A stretch of DNA of 64,000 bases, from NCBI GenBank assembly GCA_051362555.1, contig CM120642.1, positions 2,108,001-2,172,000 on the forward strand, in the 5' to 3' direction. Below the pieces are notes generated by a model that did no database searches, was not told where the DNA came from, and saw only the letters and a program-made list of their open reading frames with translations. Origin of the DNA: Lingula anatina. Lineage: Eukaryota; Animalia; Brachiopoda. Both the position numbers and the translations under genes were made by a program. Positions 27,301 to 41,000 of this stretch are shown one piece after another (position 1 is the stretch's first letter; each line of letters starts with the position of its first letter).

Positions 27301-30300
27301 AGGATGAAAGCTGAAAATCATTCTTATGGTTCCCAAATCCCACTAAAAAGAGTTCTCAGGTAGTTTGAAGAAACACTGACACTTAAACCTGATAGAAACA
27401 CAAATAAAATAATTTATTGTAGTCGAGATTAAAAGAAGAAAACTGATTTATTCTGCAGGAAAATAATAAGTGCAACACATGCAGGGACAGCTAGGTGGGG
27501 AAAAAGTGAAGAATAAAATATTCTGCTGCAGTTACCTCTCTCTGTGTTTTCACCATGTCTGTTATCATCTGAACAAGCAAATATTAATTTTAATAAAACA
27601 GATTCAGGAGTAAATATGCTTTTGTGTGACTTTTATATTGATTTACTGTGTATATTAGATTGAGTTTAACAAATACATTTATCCATTTGATTGTAATTTG
27701 CAAACACCATGCTAATACATTTCACTCAATGGCAATCATCAAAAGCCACACACTGGTGCAGGCATAACTTTGTTAGTTAGTCTCAACTTATATGAAGACA
27801 CTGGTGACAAACCTCAGTGTGAAAATAAAACTTAATAAAAATATAAATTTACCTTAGTTCTGAGAAGTTCTCTGGATCCATCAGATGCGGAGCCTTCTGT
27901 AAACAGGTACACAGCTTCAACCTGAGAAATAAACACAACAAAACTGGATAATTACAACAGTTTATCATATACCTCAATGATTAAATGGCACCTACTCTTT
28001 CTGCTTTTTCCCCCCATTGTTAATCAAATTTGAAATAAATAAATGAATGAATAAAAAAAATTAATAAATAAATGGACCAACAAACAAATAAATTACCAAA
28101 CAAATCAACCAATCAATCAATCAATATTTTCAAATGTCAATGAAATCTAATGACTCACGTTTCTGTCTGTCATGGCTTTAAGGACGGCCTCACAGGTGGC
28201 AGTGTTGGAGAAGGCAGCACACCTGTCCAAGTTCCACAGCCAGTCCTTGGCTTCCTGCAGGCTTTCCTGGGTGACAGGAACCAACTCTGGCTTGAACATC
28301 ACCATGTCTTCTGCGGATCTGAAACATAGATGACAAAATTAAACATCCATCATTTATGCTGCCGATCTGAAATAAAGATGGCAAACATTTAAAGTAAGAA
28401 ACGGTGTGTGGTATTATTAAAATTATGAAAGCTTTTTCTTTAGCCGTTATCTGTAGCCTTGATTAAATAAGCATGGGTGGTTTCTTTTTCTTACTTTTTA
28501 TAAAACAGGCTCATTTAATATAATAGTACTCATTTACATGAACTATTCAGGGGCTGATGGAAGCTGGGTCTTCCGGAAGACGGTCAAATTTCCAAGTTTA
28601 CATTGATGAGTACCTAATTTTTTCTGTCAGAAGACAGTCAAAAAATGGAGGATGGATCAACAAAGATAATGTGGAAGACTGTCAGAAAATATCTCTGGAT
28701 CCGCCCCTGCTATTATTAAATTACCTAGGATCAAGGTGGACCAAAACGTTTGCTCTTAAAAATAAAAAATCAACCTTGTATACTCTTTATAGAATCTAGG
28801 TGGAGCATAAAGTACTATAATGCCATATAGAACTATTCTTACCTGATCAAATTAAATTTGGCAATCTGGGCCACCTGTTCCACCAGGACTCTTTCAAAGG
28901 CTGACCGGTACTGGTCAAACTGTTGTGGGGACAGGTTCTTGATGTCTAGTACAATACATATACAGTGCTCTTCTATGACGCCAAATATCCTGCGGCTCTC
29001 TGTGGTCAGCCATTCTAATCGCCGTTTGTACAGCAAGACTGCTTGGATCAGGCGGCTTTCTATCTGCTTCAGCTGTTCTTTGTTGCATGTAAGCTGAGAA
29101 ACAGAGTAAGCAGGATATCAGAAATGGACAAAAGTGCTGAAATTATTTTTAAAGAAATTATAGCAATTTCATATTTTTTTTTCTTTGATTACATACAGTA
29201 AATAAAGAATTAAAGCATTAAAAATCAATTTTATCTGATCAACTTTAGACTCATGCAGCAACTCCTATGGGTCTGACAGCATTAACTTAATATTTGAAAT
29301 TAAAAGAAAAATGTTTTTAATGTTAAAAGCCTTTAATGCTGCTGAAATATTTATCTGTAACTAAGACCCAAAATATATCTTTATCTTTTATCCTAGCTGT
29401 AGCATTCTTTACAATTTGTTCTTGTTAATTTCAGAAAGACAGAAAAATGGCACATATATATTATATAAAACTGAGTACAGCAGCACCAGTAAGAAACTAA
29501 TCAACCTATCATTGCCAAAGTCACTTCCCAAGCACCATTAGAAGTGTGTTTCATGCACACACATCACTGGCAAGATTACTTGATAAGTACCACTAAGAAT
29601 CTAATTCAACACATCAGTCGCAAAATTACTTCAGCAGACGACATCTTTGTGGCCCTTGGAGTTAATCACCTACTGGCATCATCTCTCCACCGCCCATACT
29701 CACAATCTGTAGTGCTAGCTAGTATGCCACTGATCAATACTGTCTTGATTGATGGGTCTGCCAGCACGTTTGGTGGTTATTGCATTTTATTCGTACATAT
29801 GAACAATTTCCCCCTTTTTTGTGGGACCAAATGAGTTTCTGTGGTGTTCTTTTTTAAAGAGGGAATGAGATATTGTTGGGACTGAGAATGATTTTGTGTT
29901 TTAACAGAATAATACCGTGAGGAAATTATCAATTATGGAAATAAATATAGTGCACTACAGTAACTCATTTTTTTCCTGGTTATTACAATACTACAAAGTA
30001 AGCAGAACAATTCCACAAACACACGCACACACAAAAAAAAAAACATTTCTTTTTTTTTTGCTTTTTTCTTTAAAAATAAAACCATAAAAGCAAATGCATA
30101 GTGGTTGTTTTTATTTTTCTCATTTTCTCTCTTGATTTTTTATTTCTTCCTTCTTCTTTCTTTCTTTCTTCCTTTTATTTATTTATTAATTTATTTATAC
30201 TTCATTGTGGGTGGGAGGGGTCAGGGGGTTGGGGTAGGGTAGTAACTCACATTAAAAGTGGTACCATCTGTCCTGTGGTACTTTGAGAACATCCCCTCTC

Positions 30301-33272
30301 CATACCGTGAACTGATAGGCTTCTTCAGGGCATAATCATAGTCTGAAATTTAAAAAATTGTAAATGATTACCCCATGAAAATCAGTCTTCTAGTCATATG
30401 TATATATATATATATTTTTTTTTTTTACATAAAGCTTTTAAATCTATTACAATTGACCACATCTACTAATACATATGGTATTCTAATAATCTGTGTATTT
30501 GATTATTTTTTATCATTTTATATTTAAATACACAAAACTATGTGTAAACTTCACAAAATTCCAATTATGAAGCATGTCTGTTTTGATATACAGTAACTAG
30601 TCATTTCTTGTTTAGTCTCCATAACTGCTCACAAATTTAAAAGTAACACGGTTTTCACTGAAATTTAAAAAAATTTCAGTGCAAAATGTGTCTGTGTCCC
30701 ACTGCTACTTTTTTTTAGCAAAATAGTAAAAACATCTACTAGTAATTTAACATGTGAAAATAGCATTATTCTCTACTTATAGAGTAAATAACATCAGTAA
30801 TAAATTTTTTAAATGTGAATTATTTAGAGACAATGAAAAACAATTTTTGTAGTTAACTAAAATGTTTCCATTGTCAAAAAACTAATGGCAAAACAGTAAC
30901 TTTTATATTTTTTATATAAATAAGTCATGCAGCTTTAGCATGCTAGTACTTGGTTTAATCTGATATTTAGGTTAAGTTCCATTTTAAACCTACAGGATTT
31001 ATACTGTTTTGGTTGTCCAACTATTTTATCTTCTCTACACATAACTTCAACTCTTTTGATGTGGGTCAATCTGACATTCTAATCAGTGGATCCTTTGGTT
31101 TCTGATTAAACCTTTTAACTGTAATCAGAAATACCATCAATCACGTCGACGGCTGATAAGTTTAGTCCACTTTCCCGATGGAAATCAGGCATTCTCTTGC
31201 TTCATTAATCTCACTTTTATATTCTCTTTATACACAAGGTGATTACAACGATTCCATGCCTAAAATTGATGTTTGATTTTACTTCTATTATTCTCAAACC
31301 CACGTCTGAATCAATAGAAAAACACAAGCCAAAATCCCGAGCAAATATTGATATTGGGGTCCACCTAAACTTTAATCCTATCATTCTCTGTCAAATTTTG
31401 GGTTAAACTCTTTCTTCAAATGGCAAGTTTTTAGACATAACACCGAGTGTAAATATAGCCCTAGACAAGGAAAACATATACCAGGAGATTGGGTATAGAG
31501 TTCTTAATCCTGTCACTGGCAACAAACCCATTATACTATAATCAGTCATGCACATGTAGATGAAGGTGACTCTGCTATAGAGTAAGTAATCAATATCTAT
31601 ATCCAATAACCAGCTGGCTTGGATATGGTTTTAATATTCAATAATTGCCACTTCCAAGGTAACAACCAGGTACAGACATGTTCTGTTAAACATTACAAGT
31701 TATGTCTGATTAAATGAGATATAATATCCTTGCTTTTACCATCATTATAATATGCCACCAGATTTTCATCAAAGGAGAATTTCCTATGCTGTATTATGAG
31801 ATAAGAATAAAGCAGTAATTTTCTCTTCATATTGGCTGTTATATTAGCTGTTAATTGAAAAAATAAACAATACTCCAGTACATTCTAACTCACTTCTGGT
31901 CATTAACAATGTGCATCTATATATATTATGATAAAATCCTTTCTTTAGATATTATTTTTGATTAAGGTATGGATCAATTTTCCAGAGACATTTCATTTAC
32001 CAAAAAGCCAAGATTCTGATACAATTGATATAATAAAGACTACTGTAAGCTCTCTTGATATAAACCAGCTATTATGATTTGCTTGTAAATACTTGTATTT
32101 CTTATTGATAACTGTTTCTTAAATTTTCACCCTTTTTAAAAAATAGTTCGGACACTTCATTATAAATGTTATGATCCTCATATCAAAGAGATTGGATTTC
32201 ATCTTTCAAATATAGACAGTATGACTTTCAGAATTTTAAATATTGATAAAGATGTAAAATTCAACCAACAAGTTTCTCACCATCCATGTGTTTAAATCCA
32301 ATAATAGGCATGATGCTATGTGTGTCCAGTCTGTTCCTTTTCAGACCATAGTTCATCAGCCATTTCTTGGATGAGATCAGAGCTCGGACATCAAGCTCCC
32401 ATTCCTTTGGAGGAGCTTTCTTGGTGCTGATCTCTGGGTTTACGGATTCATCAGTTGGGTAAATGTCCGCTGTCCCAGTGACTGGGGCTAGAGGCTCAAT
32501 TTTGGCAACGTCAAACTTCACGCCACCTGAAAATGTATAGATGGTTAATTATTGTACTGTATTAAAGCATTATTCAATTTTTTTTTTTTTTTAATATATT
32601 TCTTAAGATGTTTTGTTTTTGTCAGGGTTGACAATGAGGAAATGGGTTTACAGTTGCAGTATTATCATTTCTGCCAAACTGCTAAAATTTTATGTATTTT
32701 GGATAAGAAATAAAAAGAAAAAAATACAAATTCAATATTCATTTGACTTAAAATTTAATACTTCAATTTTAAAAATATTAATAAAAAATAAAGTACTGTA
32801 TGTGACCTGAAGGAAAAATTAAAAACCAACCCAAACCATCAATTTTAAAAACAGTATATCAATGACCTATTTTTGCCATTATTTGTTAAAAGCAACCAGC
32901 ATTGTAAAAACAATGTACTGGATGATGACAGTAAAACAAGAAGTGCAATGTATATAATAACCCTGTTTTGAAAACCTGTTTAATTGGTTCTTTCTAAATT
33001 TTATGCAATTGATGGTTTGGTTGAAAATAAACATGAAACACGTGAATTGTTACCAGCACACATAATTTAATGTTAACCTATTTTTTTTTAAACCAAATTT
33101 GCCTGCACATGGTCATTCTTATGCATTATATGACTGACACATTCTTTTTTCAATTTATTTATGCTATTTGTGTTTAATTTAAATCATTCACTACTTTAAA
33201 CACCAACCAAACCATACCTTGGCCGTAAGCGTTCTCTTTAAACACATCTAGGTCCATTAATTCCGAAGCCAT
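9379..33272 (-). CDS. VWA3B: von Willebrand factor A domain-containing protein 3B-like (~1837 aa)
   Basis: Phase-consistent exons, 5' to 3': 33272-33218, 32526-32281, 30342-30251, 29093-28843, 28318-28159, 27921-27853, 27568-27536, 26874-26774, 26466-26234, 25773-25678, 24816-24611, 24368-24214, 23451-23313, 22986-22756, 22553-22371, 22044-21654, 21282-21163, 20907-20856, 20680-20524, 20278-20163, 19853-19803, 19387-19033, 16190-16037, 15592-15468, 15057-14917, 14259-14162, 13728-13666, 13332-13241, 12805-12675, 12538-12440, 12166-11887, 11707-11591, 11055-10934, 10690-10432, 10074-9840, 9484-9379 (sum 5514 nt). Motifs: LISSKKWLMNYGLKRNRL, WLTTESRRIFGVIEE, VWA MIDAS IDTSGSM...TNTLAAL...YLLTDGRPDQ, HTISFNC, Tudor-like (DUF4537-type) VIARLETDGLYYPG and VLARWSDDGWYYRG. 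Small symmetric exons are less certain. Confidence 0.9.
13904..14069. mobile_element. MITE, hAT-like TIRs, 5-bp TSD
   Basis: Perfect 15-bp TIR CAGGGGCGTAACCAG / CTGGTTACGCCCCTG, flanked by ATGTG on both sides (13899-13903, 14070-14074). Confidence 0.9.
14619..14946 (-). repeat. 67-bp tandem repeat (x5) spanning an exon/intron boundary of VWA3B
   Basis: On the + strand GTACCCACCTCCTGCCCAGTGTAAAGCTGTACA starts at 14641, 14708, 14775, 14842 and 14909. On the - strand this is exon end ...GGGCAGGAG|GTGGGT donor. Confidence 0.95.
25597..25662. repeat. Degenerate 13-bp minisatellite (~5 units, CTAGAGGTCACAA-like)
   Basis: gaggtcattgcta/gagatcacaacta/gaggtcatcacta/gaggtcacaacaa/gaggtcaccacta, just inside the intron after VWA3B exon 25773-25678. 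Confidence 0.7.
28548..28709. mobile_element. MITE, hAT-like TIRs, 5-bp TSD
   Basis: CAGGGGCTGAT...ATCCGCCCCTG, flanked by CTATT on both sides (28543-28547, 28710-28714). A related inverted copy lies at 57497-57658. Confidence 0.85.
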
Positions 33273-33479
33273 AGTAGTTGTCTGTTTGTGATAAATGAAC
33301 GTGGGTGGCGGGTGCTATCTCTGTGCGCCAACAGGTGCCCGTTATTACTTTACTTCTTTCCACTCAACATTGGCCTAAGAAACAAAATCGATGGATGTTC
33401 ATAAAATAAAGTGGTCAATATGATCCCAGGAGGATGCTCAAGTGCCTGTGATTAGTTCGGTGAAGTAAAAAATCGCGTG

Positions 33480-33830
33480 ACAACCTATATGAAAAAGGTT
33501 AGGCACTTCCACGGCCGTCGGCCATGATGTGTTTGTGAAGCTTTCCTGGTTGCTGGGGCCTTTCACGGACGCTGACGACCAATCACATCGCAGGATGTCA
33601 CTCACGTGACTTTATAAACTAGACAATTTTGCTGCTAAAATGGTATTTTAAGTTTATTGATATTGACTCAATCTACAAAAAATCTATATATATGCCGACT
33701 GACCACAGAAAGCGAAAAAATTGCTAATTATTCCAATTAAATATTTACCCATATTTTGATGACGTAGTTCACAGGCGGTGTCGGGAAGAGATTATCAGGA
33801 TATAAAAGGAAGAAAGAAAATATATCGAAT
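33480..33830. promoter_or_regulatory. Probable bidirectional promoter VWA3B / ZDHHC
   Basis: Divergent ATGs at 33272 (-) and 33831 (+). CpG-enriched, with CCAAT (ACCAATCA ~33578), E-box TCACGTGAC (~33602) and CRE-like TGACG half sites (~33573, ~33760). Confidence 0.65.
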
Positions 33831-35031
33831 ATGCCTCCTGCTCCAGTGCGCTGGTGCATGGCTCTGGTGAGGTGGTTCCCTGTTGTGTTCATAACCGCCG
33901 TCGTGGTCTGGTCTTACTACGCATATGTGATTTATATGTGTTTTGGTAAGTTTTCTCAGAGTTGTCAAATCCTTCAGGTGTAAAGTCATATGATGATTGT
34001 CCATTGTCAACGAACAATAACATTATGAATAAGTCAGTAAATTATTTACATTATTACTGCTTTAGCAAGAAATAATTTTATCAAGATGAGGGCGACTAAC
34101 ACATCGAAGCATGGGCTTAGCACAGAATTTCACTTATTTGTTTAAAAATAGTTAAAGTTGATTCATCAGGTTTTCAAGTACTACTATGTAAGCTTAAATT
34201 TCTGAAGCAAGGGAATGACTTAGATGTTTCTTAAATTTACCAATACTGGTGGGAACTTTTCTGAGAATAATGTTAAGGGTTTTAGGAACTTATAATATAG
34301 TTATCCCTGAGCGAAAAAAAAAAAAAAAATAATAGCTTGCTTATCATTCCAATTTAAAGATTTGAAAAATGATTTTTTTTCTTTTTAAAAGACGTCTCTG
34401 TTTGTATTGAAACACCACCCTAGATGTCCAAATTTACATTTCCATTTTTCAGATTCTGTTTCAAATTTGCAACAGTACTCCTCTTTTCTCTTCTCCTATT
34501 ACTATTCATTTTTTTTAGAATTCCCTAGCAAAAAGAACACCAATTTTTTCCCAAGGAGACTGAAGTAAAGTTCAAACCTCAGAAACATTTTCAGAGATAT
34601 TTAAAATAGACAAAGTTAATTGAGTGCTTGTAAGTCAAGGCATAATGGCCATACTCACTTATGTGCCATGGGGCATGTACTGAATCCCCAGTGTAAAAAT
34701 CAGTATTGATTTTATACAACTGATGAGTATGTTTTGGACAGCAAACTTTCCACTGATCAGAAGATAATTGAAAAGGTCATGCATGCAAATTGTCTATCCG
34801 GTCTTTTTCTACCTTGTCACGATGATCTCTTCATGCACACTGTAATGTTATAGACAGGAATAATGAGGAGACAGATATAGGCATGATGATTTCAGTTTGA
34901 AAAATGAGACTATGAAGACACAAGTTGAAATTTGTAAATTGCCCAAAATTAAATTTTGCTTCAATGAATGAACATTTATGTCATATTTTTGTTTTGATAG
35001 AACTCTGTTGTTATAAATATTATTATTGTTG

Positions 35032-35092
<61 letters not shown>

Positions 35093-38000
35093 GGTGCTGA
35101 TGATGATGATGAAAATTTTAGATTGATTTGTTCTAAAGATAGGCACTTGGCAATAATGTATGAAAATGCTAGAGGTCTATAACAGGCACGTAATTGAGGA
35201 ATTTATATGAAAGTGTTGCATTGTATATTTGAAATAACTTAAATTATTTTCATAATTAAATATTTTTTAAAAAATGAGGCTGTCTTCATTGTATGTATGC
35301 TTTTGTAAAACTCTGCATAATTTATTTAATACTTTCAATCTCATCAAAACATTTTGTCGGTTATCATCAGCTGCCTTCTTTTCTTTCAGTATCAGGAGTG
35401 GTGGACACAGTCGCAGAACAAGGTACTGTGACTTAGACTCATTCACATAGACACCATTGGTCTACAAGGATCGACCCAACTCTGCAGGGATCCTTGCTAA
35501 ATGCAATCAGCTTAACTGAATGACAGCTGCCTCTTGTTTCCAGTGTACTTGTATAATCACCAGCTTTTCTGGAATCTACTTACGTAATGCCAGGAGGAGG
35601 CATGTGATTCACTTAAGCTGATTGCAGTCAGCGAGAGTCCATGCAGAGTTGATCTATATGGACTGATGGTGTCTGTGGGAATATGGCCTTAATGTCTCCA
35701 AAATGATAAACTTTATATTAGAATGTTTTTTAAAACATTTTTTATACATCTATTATTGGTGGCATTGAAATTTTTTTCCGCATGGAGTCTGTAGAGATTT
35801 AGTTGAAATGTTCCTAGAGTTTATTGATAAGTACTGCATCCTGTACAATATTGGCATGCATTATTGAGATGTACATAAATAACATTAAGGGAAAATACAC
35901 CATCAAATTGATCAAAATGCCATTGATTTTGATGCAGTTTCAAAAAAAAAAAAAAATAATAACATCATGATTTTGACAAGTGCATAGTTTACATTGGATT
36001 AGAGTAGCACTCTAACTTACTTGTGTAACATATGGAGATTTTATAGATTGCAGTTAACAAGGAAACTGACTGTTTATTTTTCTATAAATCTTTCCTAATT
36101 GATTTAGCACTCCATTTTATGGCTATGAATCCTTTTTTTCCTTCTGGATGGTAAACTGCCAACAGTTTGATCACATAGTTGTAAGTGGAAGTACATAAGA
36201 TTTAGTAAGCATTTAGCATCATACATGAGATTTTATTTCAGTCAAATTTTGATGTTTAACTGTGGAGCCAGTTGCTAGTATTTTAGTATGGTAGTCAGCT
36301 TCTTGATTGAAAAAAAAAATCACAAAGTATGCAAAAAACTGTATTTGTTATTATACACTAAATTTGTTTAATTCAGATAAAGACTGAAACAGTCTAATGC
36401 ATAGAGTTGATTGATTGACAGTTTGGTACAGAAAAAAGGGGAAAAAATCTCCACAGAGGACTTATAAATAACAATTTCAATTTCTTTGGGATTTTTCCTG
36501 ATGATTACGACACTAATGACGCAGAAGATGCTTAGTATGAAACCCTTTATTGCAGTATTTCTACTTTGATTAGCAGCAGTGAAGTCTTAGATAAAAATGT
36601 TCACTGGTTTCATCATTTGCCTCAGTGAGCGTCAGATACACGTTTTTCCTAATGGGCATGACAGAGAATCTATAGAATAAATCTTCCGATAGCTGCTAAA
36701 GGCATACCGTAGTGGAAAATTGCATCAGTGTGTTGCCAGTTTTGATTTCTTTGGATGTGGTATTGTCCAGTTAGATTTATTGTCTTGGTTTGGGTTATTT
36801 AGGGGAACTAATTGATATACATGTATGTCATTTTTTAGCTATATTGACAGCTATTTAAAGTTTCATTTCTGTTACAAAAGCAAATATTAAGTGTAAATAT
36901 TTTAGTGAATAATAGTAAATTTGAAAAAAATAAACATTTTGAGTGCAAACGATGGGTTCACATGTTACTGAGTGATATTTAGGTGATTTTCTTTTTTACA
37001 AACTCAATCTCTTCATATATGTGAATATTTTTAGTAAATAAATGTAATTTAGAAACTAATGATGCATTGCAAGTTATTGATTTACAAATGCTGAAAATTA
37101 AAAATGTGTCAATTAATTTTGAAGCTATATATACTGGTATATTATAATAATTATTTTTCTGTTTCCAGTAATACTGTTGTTGCTGTACCATCCGTTCTTT
37201 CTATTCTTTGGCTGGTCTTACTGGCAGGCTATATATACAGAGCCTGGGAAAACACCTAAACAGGTACACTTTCTTTTTTCTGCATTTCTTCATTTTAAAT
37301 ATTCTTGTCTTCAGTTCAATTATAAAGATTATGTTATCCACCAGAATTTGTCCTTTTCATGTGTGTATGTGTGTGACAGTGTGTCTGTGTGTGCGTGCAT
37401 CCGTGTGTGTATTTTACAGCCTTGAGTAGGAGGAAATGTGAGTATGTGGGTGTTTATACTTGTGCGTATGAGTAACTGCTGAACATTATTGCCTGTATCT
37501 TGGTGAAAAAGCATTGCAGTGATCAGAATAGATGAAGAATTGTTCAATAATCCTCATTTCTTCCAATACATGAGACGCGCCATACAATACAGCAGTACAT
37601 TAGACCATCTTGACGCAGTGATGAGTGGATATCATTTACAGCAGGCGTCACTGGGCTCCCATCAGTTACGGCTTGAGATGACTGTCTATCAGGGGGTGAT
37701 TGGATAATGTGGCAATGGTGTGATTGGTTAGGTTGTATCACCCCGAGGTTCAGAATGTTGGAAACACTTTGCTATAACCAGCACTTGTGTGCCATTTACG
37801 TATAGCTTGACTTGGTGCTCAAGACCCCATTTTTATGATTAAATGACATCACTTTCAGGTAATATACAAAATTTAATAAATTTACTCTGATTCCCCCATA
37901 TAATCAAAACCATATATTCTGAATTATGGATGGAGGTCACCCCTATTACCCTCCTTAAACCAAGTGGAATCATTAAACAGTAAAATTTCTCTGGTGAATC

Positions 38001-41000
38001 TTAACCATATTACAACAATATTTTAACTGAGGTATTATGGAGTGCTGGTGGGAAAGTCTCTGTCATTACTCTGAAACTGAGGATGTGGGTCTTGCACTGT
38101 ATAGATAAATGCAATTGTTTAAGAATGTCATTTGACCTTTAAAAGACATTTCACCACTTGTGGAATTTTCTGAAAGGGCATCAGAAGCAAATACTTGACC
38201 TTGACCTAAATTTTAAGGCCAAGTGAACATTGAAAGAAAAACTTGAGGACAAAGGGTCGAGTTAGATACATTCACATTCATAATGATACAAAGAGATGCT
38301 CATCATATATTATCCGTGTAGGGTTTTACCATGGAAACTTTTTCTAGTCCCTGGTTTCCATTTACATTCAGAGGTAATTCTGGTTTCTATTGATCTCATC
38401 TGACCTGAGAAAGTCATTAGTGAGACATTTATTGGGATGAGAAGCATATCATTGTCCCAAGAGAGGAATTTAATCGAGTGTATTTGCTCATAGGTAGATC
38501 AGGATTATCCTAGTATTATAATTATTATAGCAAAATGTACCCCTAAAGCAGTCTGTACTGTTTGATTCCTGTGTTTGGTTATATGCTGCAAATTGTTAAG
38601 TTGAAAGCAGATTAAAAATGATTAGATTTTGACTGAAGAATGTTTGCAGATATCTCTGACAATTTCAATAAAGCATTCAAGCCACTAAATTGAGTCAGTC
38701 ATGCATTGAAATTATATGGTTTTCTCCAGAAATCTCGTTGTTTTGATAATAAAATTAGCATTAAATCACGATGATGAAGGGGCTGCCAGTCAGATTTTAT
38801 CTTTTTTTTTTTCAGTTTTATCTCTCAGAACAAGATGTTGCAAGATTTGAATCTTCAGAGAATGAAGAGCAACAGCGACAAATATTGGCAAAATTGGTCC
38901 GAGATCGAAATTTACCAGTGCAATGCAGAACAGCTACAGGGGGTAAGCTGAACTCACTATCTACAACTGTGGATTTTTTGACTTCCATTTATACCGAATA
39001 TAATTACCTTATTATTACCTTATACTTCATCACAGGATTGAATTATTACCCAAATTGTCGCCAAAAAAAAAAAAAAAAAAAAAAAAAAACAGATAATGGC
39101 AGAATTCTGAGTTACTGTCTCTAGTTATAGGCATATGCTGAACTGTGTTAAAAATGTAGTCATCAGTAGTTAATGAAAAAATTAAGCACATGTGAAATGG
39201 CATTCAATTTAATTTAATCGTTTTCATATCTTTCAGCATACAGATACTGTGAGAAGTGCAAATGTATTAAACCAGACAGAGCACACCATTGCTCTATGTG
39301 TGGGACGTAAGTAGAGATCATTGAGACAATTATGTCTTGTTATTCTCAGCTCAAGCTATGTTTTTGCCATAAACTAATGAGAATGAAGTTGTTGAGATGA
39401 GGAATGTCATTTGTTATAAAAAACAAGAGCATAGTGTTGGAGAAAATGAGGCATCAGGCATGCTTATTACTACAAGAGATGGCCATAGTAGACTAATTTG
39501 ACACCAGTATCTCGTGTCACTTTGTCTGCTTGAATTAAAACGCAGTAATTGTGATATACACATCGTCATAGAGAGCGTATACTGCCTTACATCAATTTCA
39601 TTTGTTAACCCCCCTCCAAAAAAAAATTAAAATGATAATAATAAAAGAAAGAAATGTTAAAGAAAGGAAAGGAAGCAAGAATTCTGATGAAAGAACAGTG
39701 AAAAGTGTATAAATAGGCATTTTTGAAGATGATAATGATACTGCACATTTTCTTGACTAAATAATTCTTTCTTTTTCAGTTGCATACTTAAAATGGATCA
39801 CCACTGCCCTTGGTAAGTGTAAATAGCTGTAACATTTGTGAAATATGGTAGTATTTTACCTTTATTTATATATTATAATTTTAAACTTTATATCACCATT
39901 GCAAACAACACCATGTTTTGTTTTGCTTAATGAAAAATATTGATCATAATAATATAAACGTCTGATTTACTATTTTAAAACATGCCATTAATTGAAATTC
40001 AATACATTTTGAATGGCAATTTGTACTCATTTGACAGGTTTTTCTTTTTTTGGAGCCAATAATATTGATCAGGCGACAAAATAACCATAATTTCTTTTTC
40101 TGCGTAAGAAATTTCTTGACCTTCCACAGTTTATTCCAATGAAGCTTCAATTTTAATTTTTCAGGGTCAACAATTGCGTGTCTTTCACCAACTACAAGTT
40201 TTTTGTCATCTTCTTGGGATATGCACTTCTGTACTGTTTATACGTGACATTAACAGTGCTTAAATATTTCATAAGATTTTGGACGGTAAGTAGTAAACCG
40301 GGCTATTCCTTATGTGGCAATTAATGCTGAAATGATACAGATTTTAATGCTGAAATTTTTAGTTTGTATCCAAGGATAGCTTACAATACTCTTTGGCTTG
40401 AAAAAAAAAAAGGGAAAGGAGAATTTTATTATTCAGTGTCATTGATTTTGTGAGCAGTTGGCATATACAGGGTGAAGAGACGAAAATATGATGCAAGTAG
40501 GACCCAAGATACATCTTGAATAGAAAAACTTTATATAGTGTCCATTATTGTGACACTTATTGAGGCGTATGAGAAGAGTAATTCAATTGAGTGACAGTGG
40601 GTCCATGTATATCTTATTTAGCTGCCAATTCTTGAATGGCTGATTGATGCATGTAGTAATATTACAAGTATTGATCTGGTTTCAGAACAGCTTTTGATGT
40701 ATATTTTTTTCATAGCATGGAATGGATTGGAGCTGAGATAATTGACATATTATTCTGTAAAACTACACAATTTAAGCAAATAAATTGAATGATTTGGGTC
40801 TTATTTAGTTCCTTCTTGTAAATTTACATTGGAAAGTGAATGCATATTTGAATAGTGTTTGCAAATATGGTCCTGCTGTAATTGTTTGATGCATAATTTA
40901 AAAGTTTTATTTGCTTTGAACCAATGCAAAAGTTGTAAGAAAGGTTGTTGTCACTCTGCAAACATCATAAGAAATGCTTTGTAAAGACAGGTTCAAGCTC

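Noticed and set aside
33545-33562. RFX X-box for a ciliary gene
   Set aside because: Only a half-site (GTTGCT); too weak to call.
34453-34479. Alternative 27-nt second exon of ZDHHC
   Set aside because: Good acceptor but no GT donor at a frame-preserving position.
34925-35182. Poly-Tyr ORF
   Set aside because: (TAT)n microsatellite in an intron.
37519-37707. 62-aa intronic ORF in ZDHHC intron 3
   Set aside because: No recognisable homology, and splicing from exon 3 into the nearby AG gives an immediate stop.
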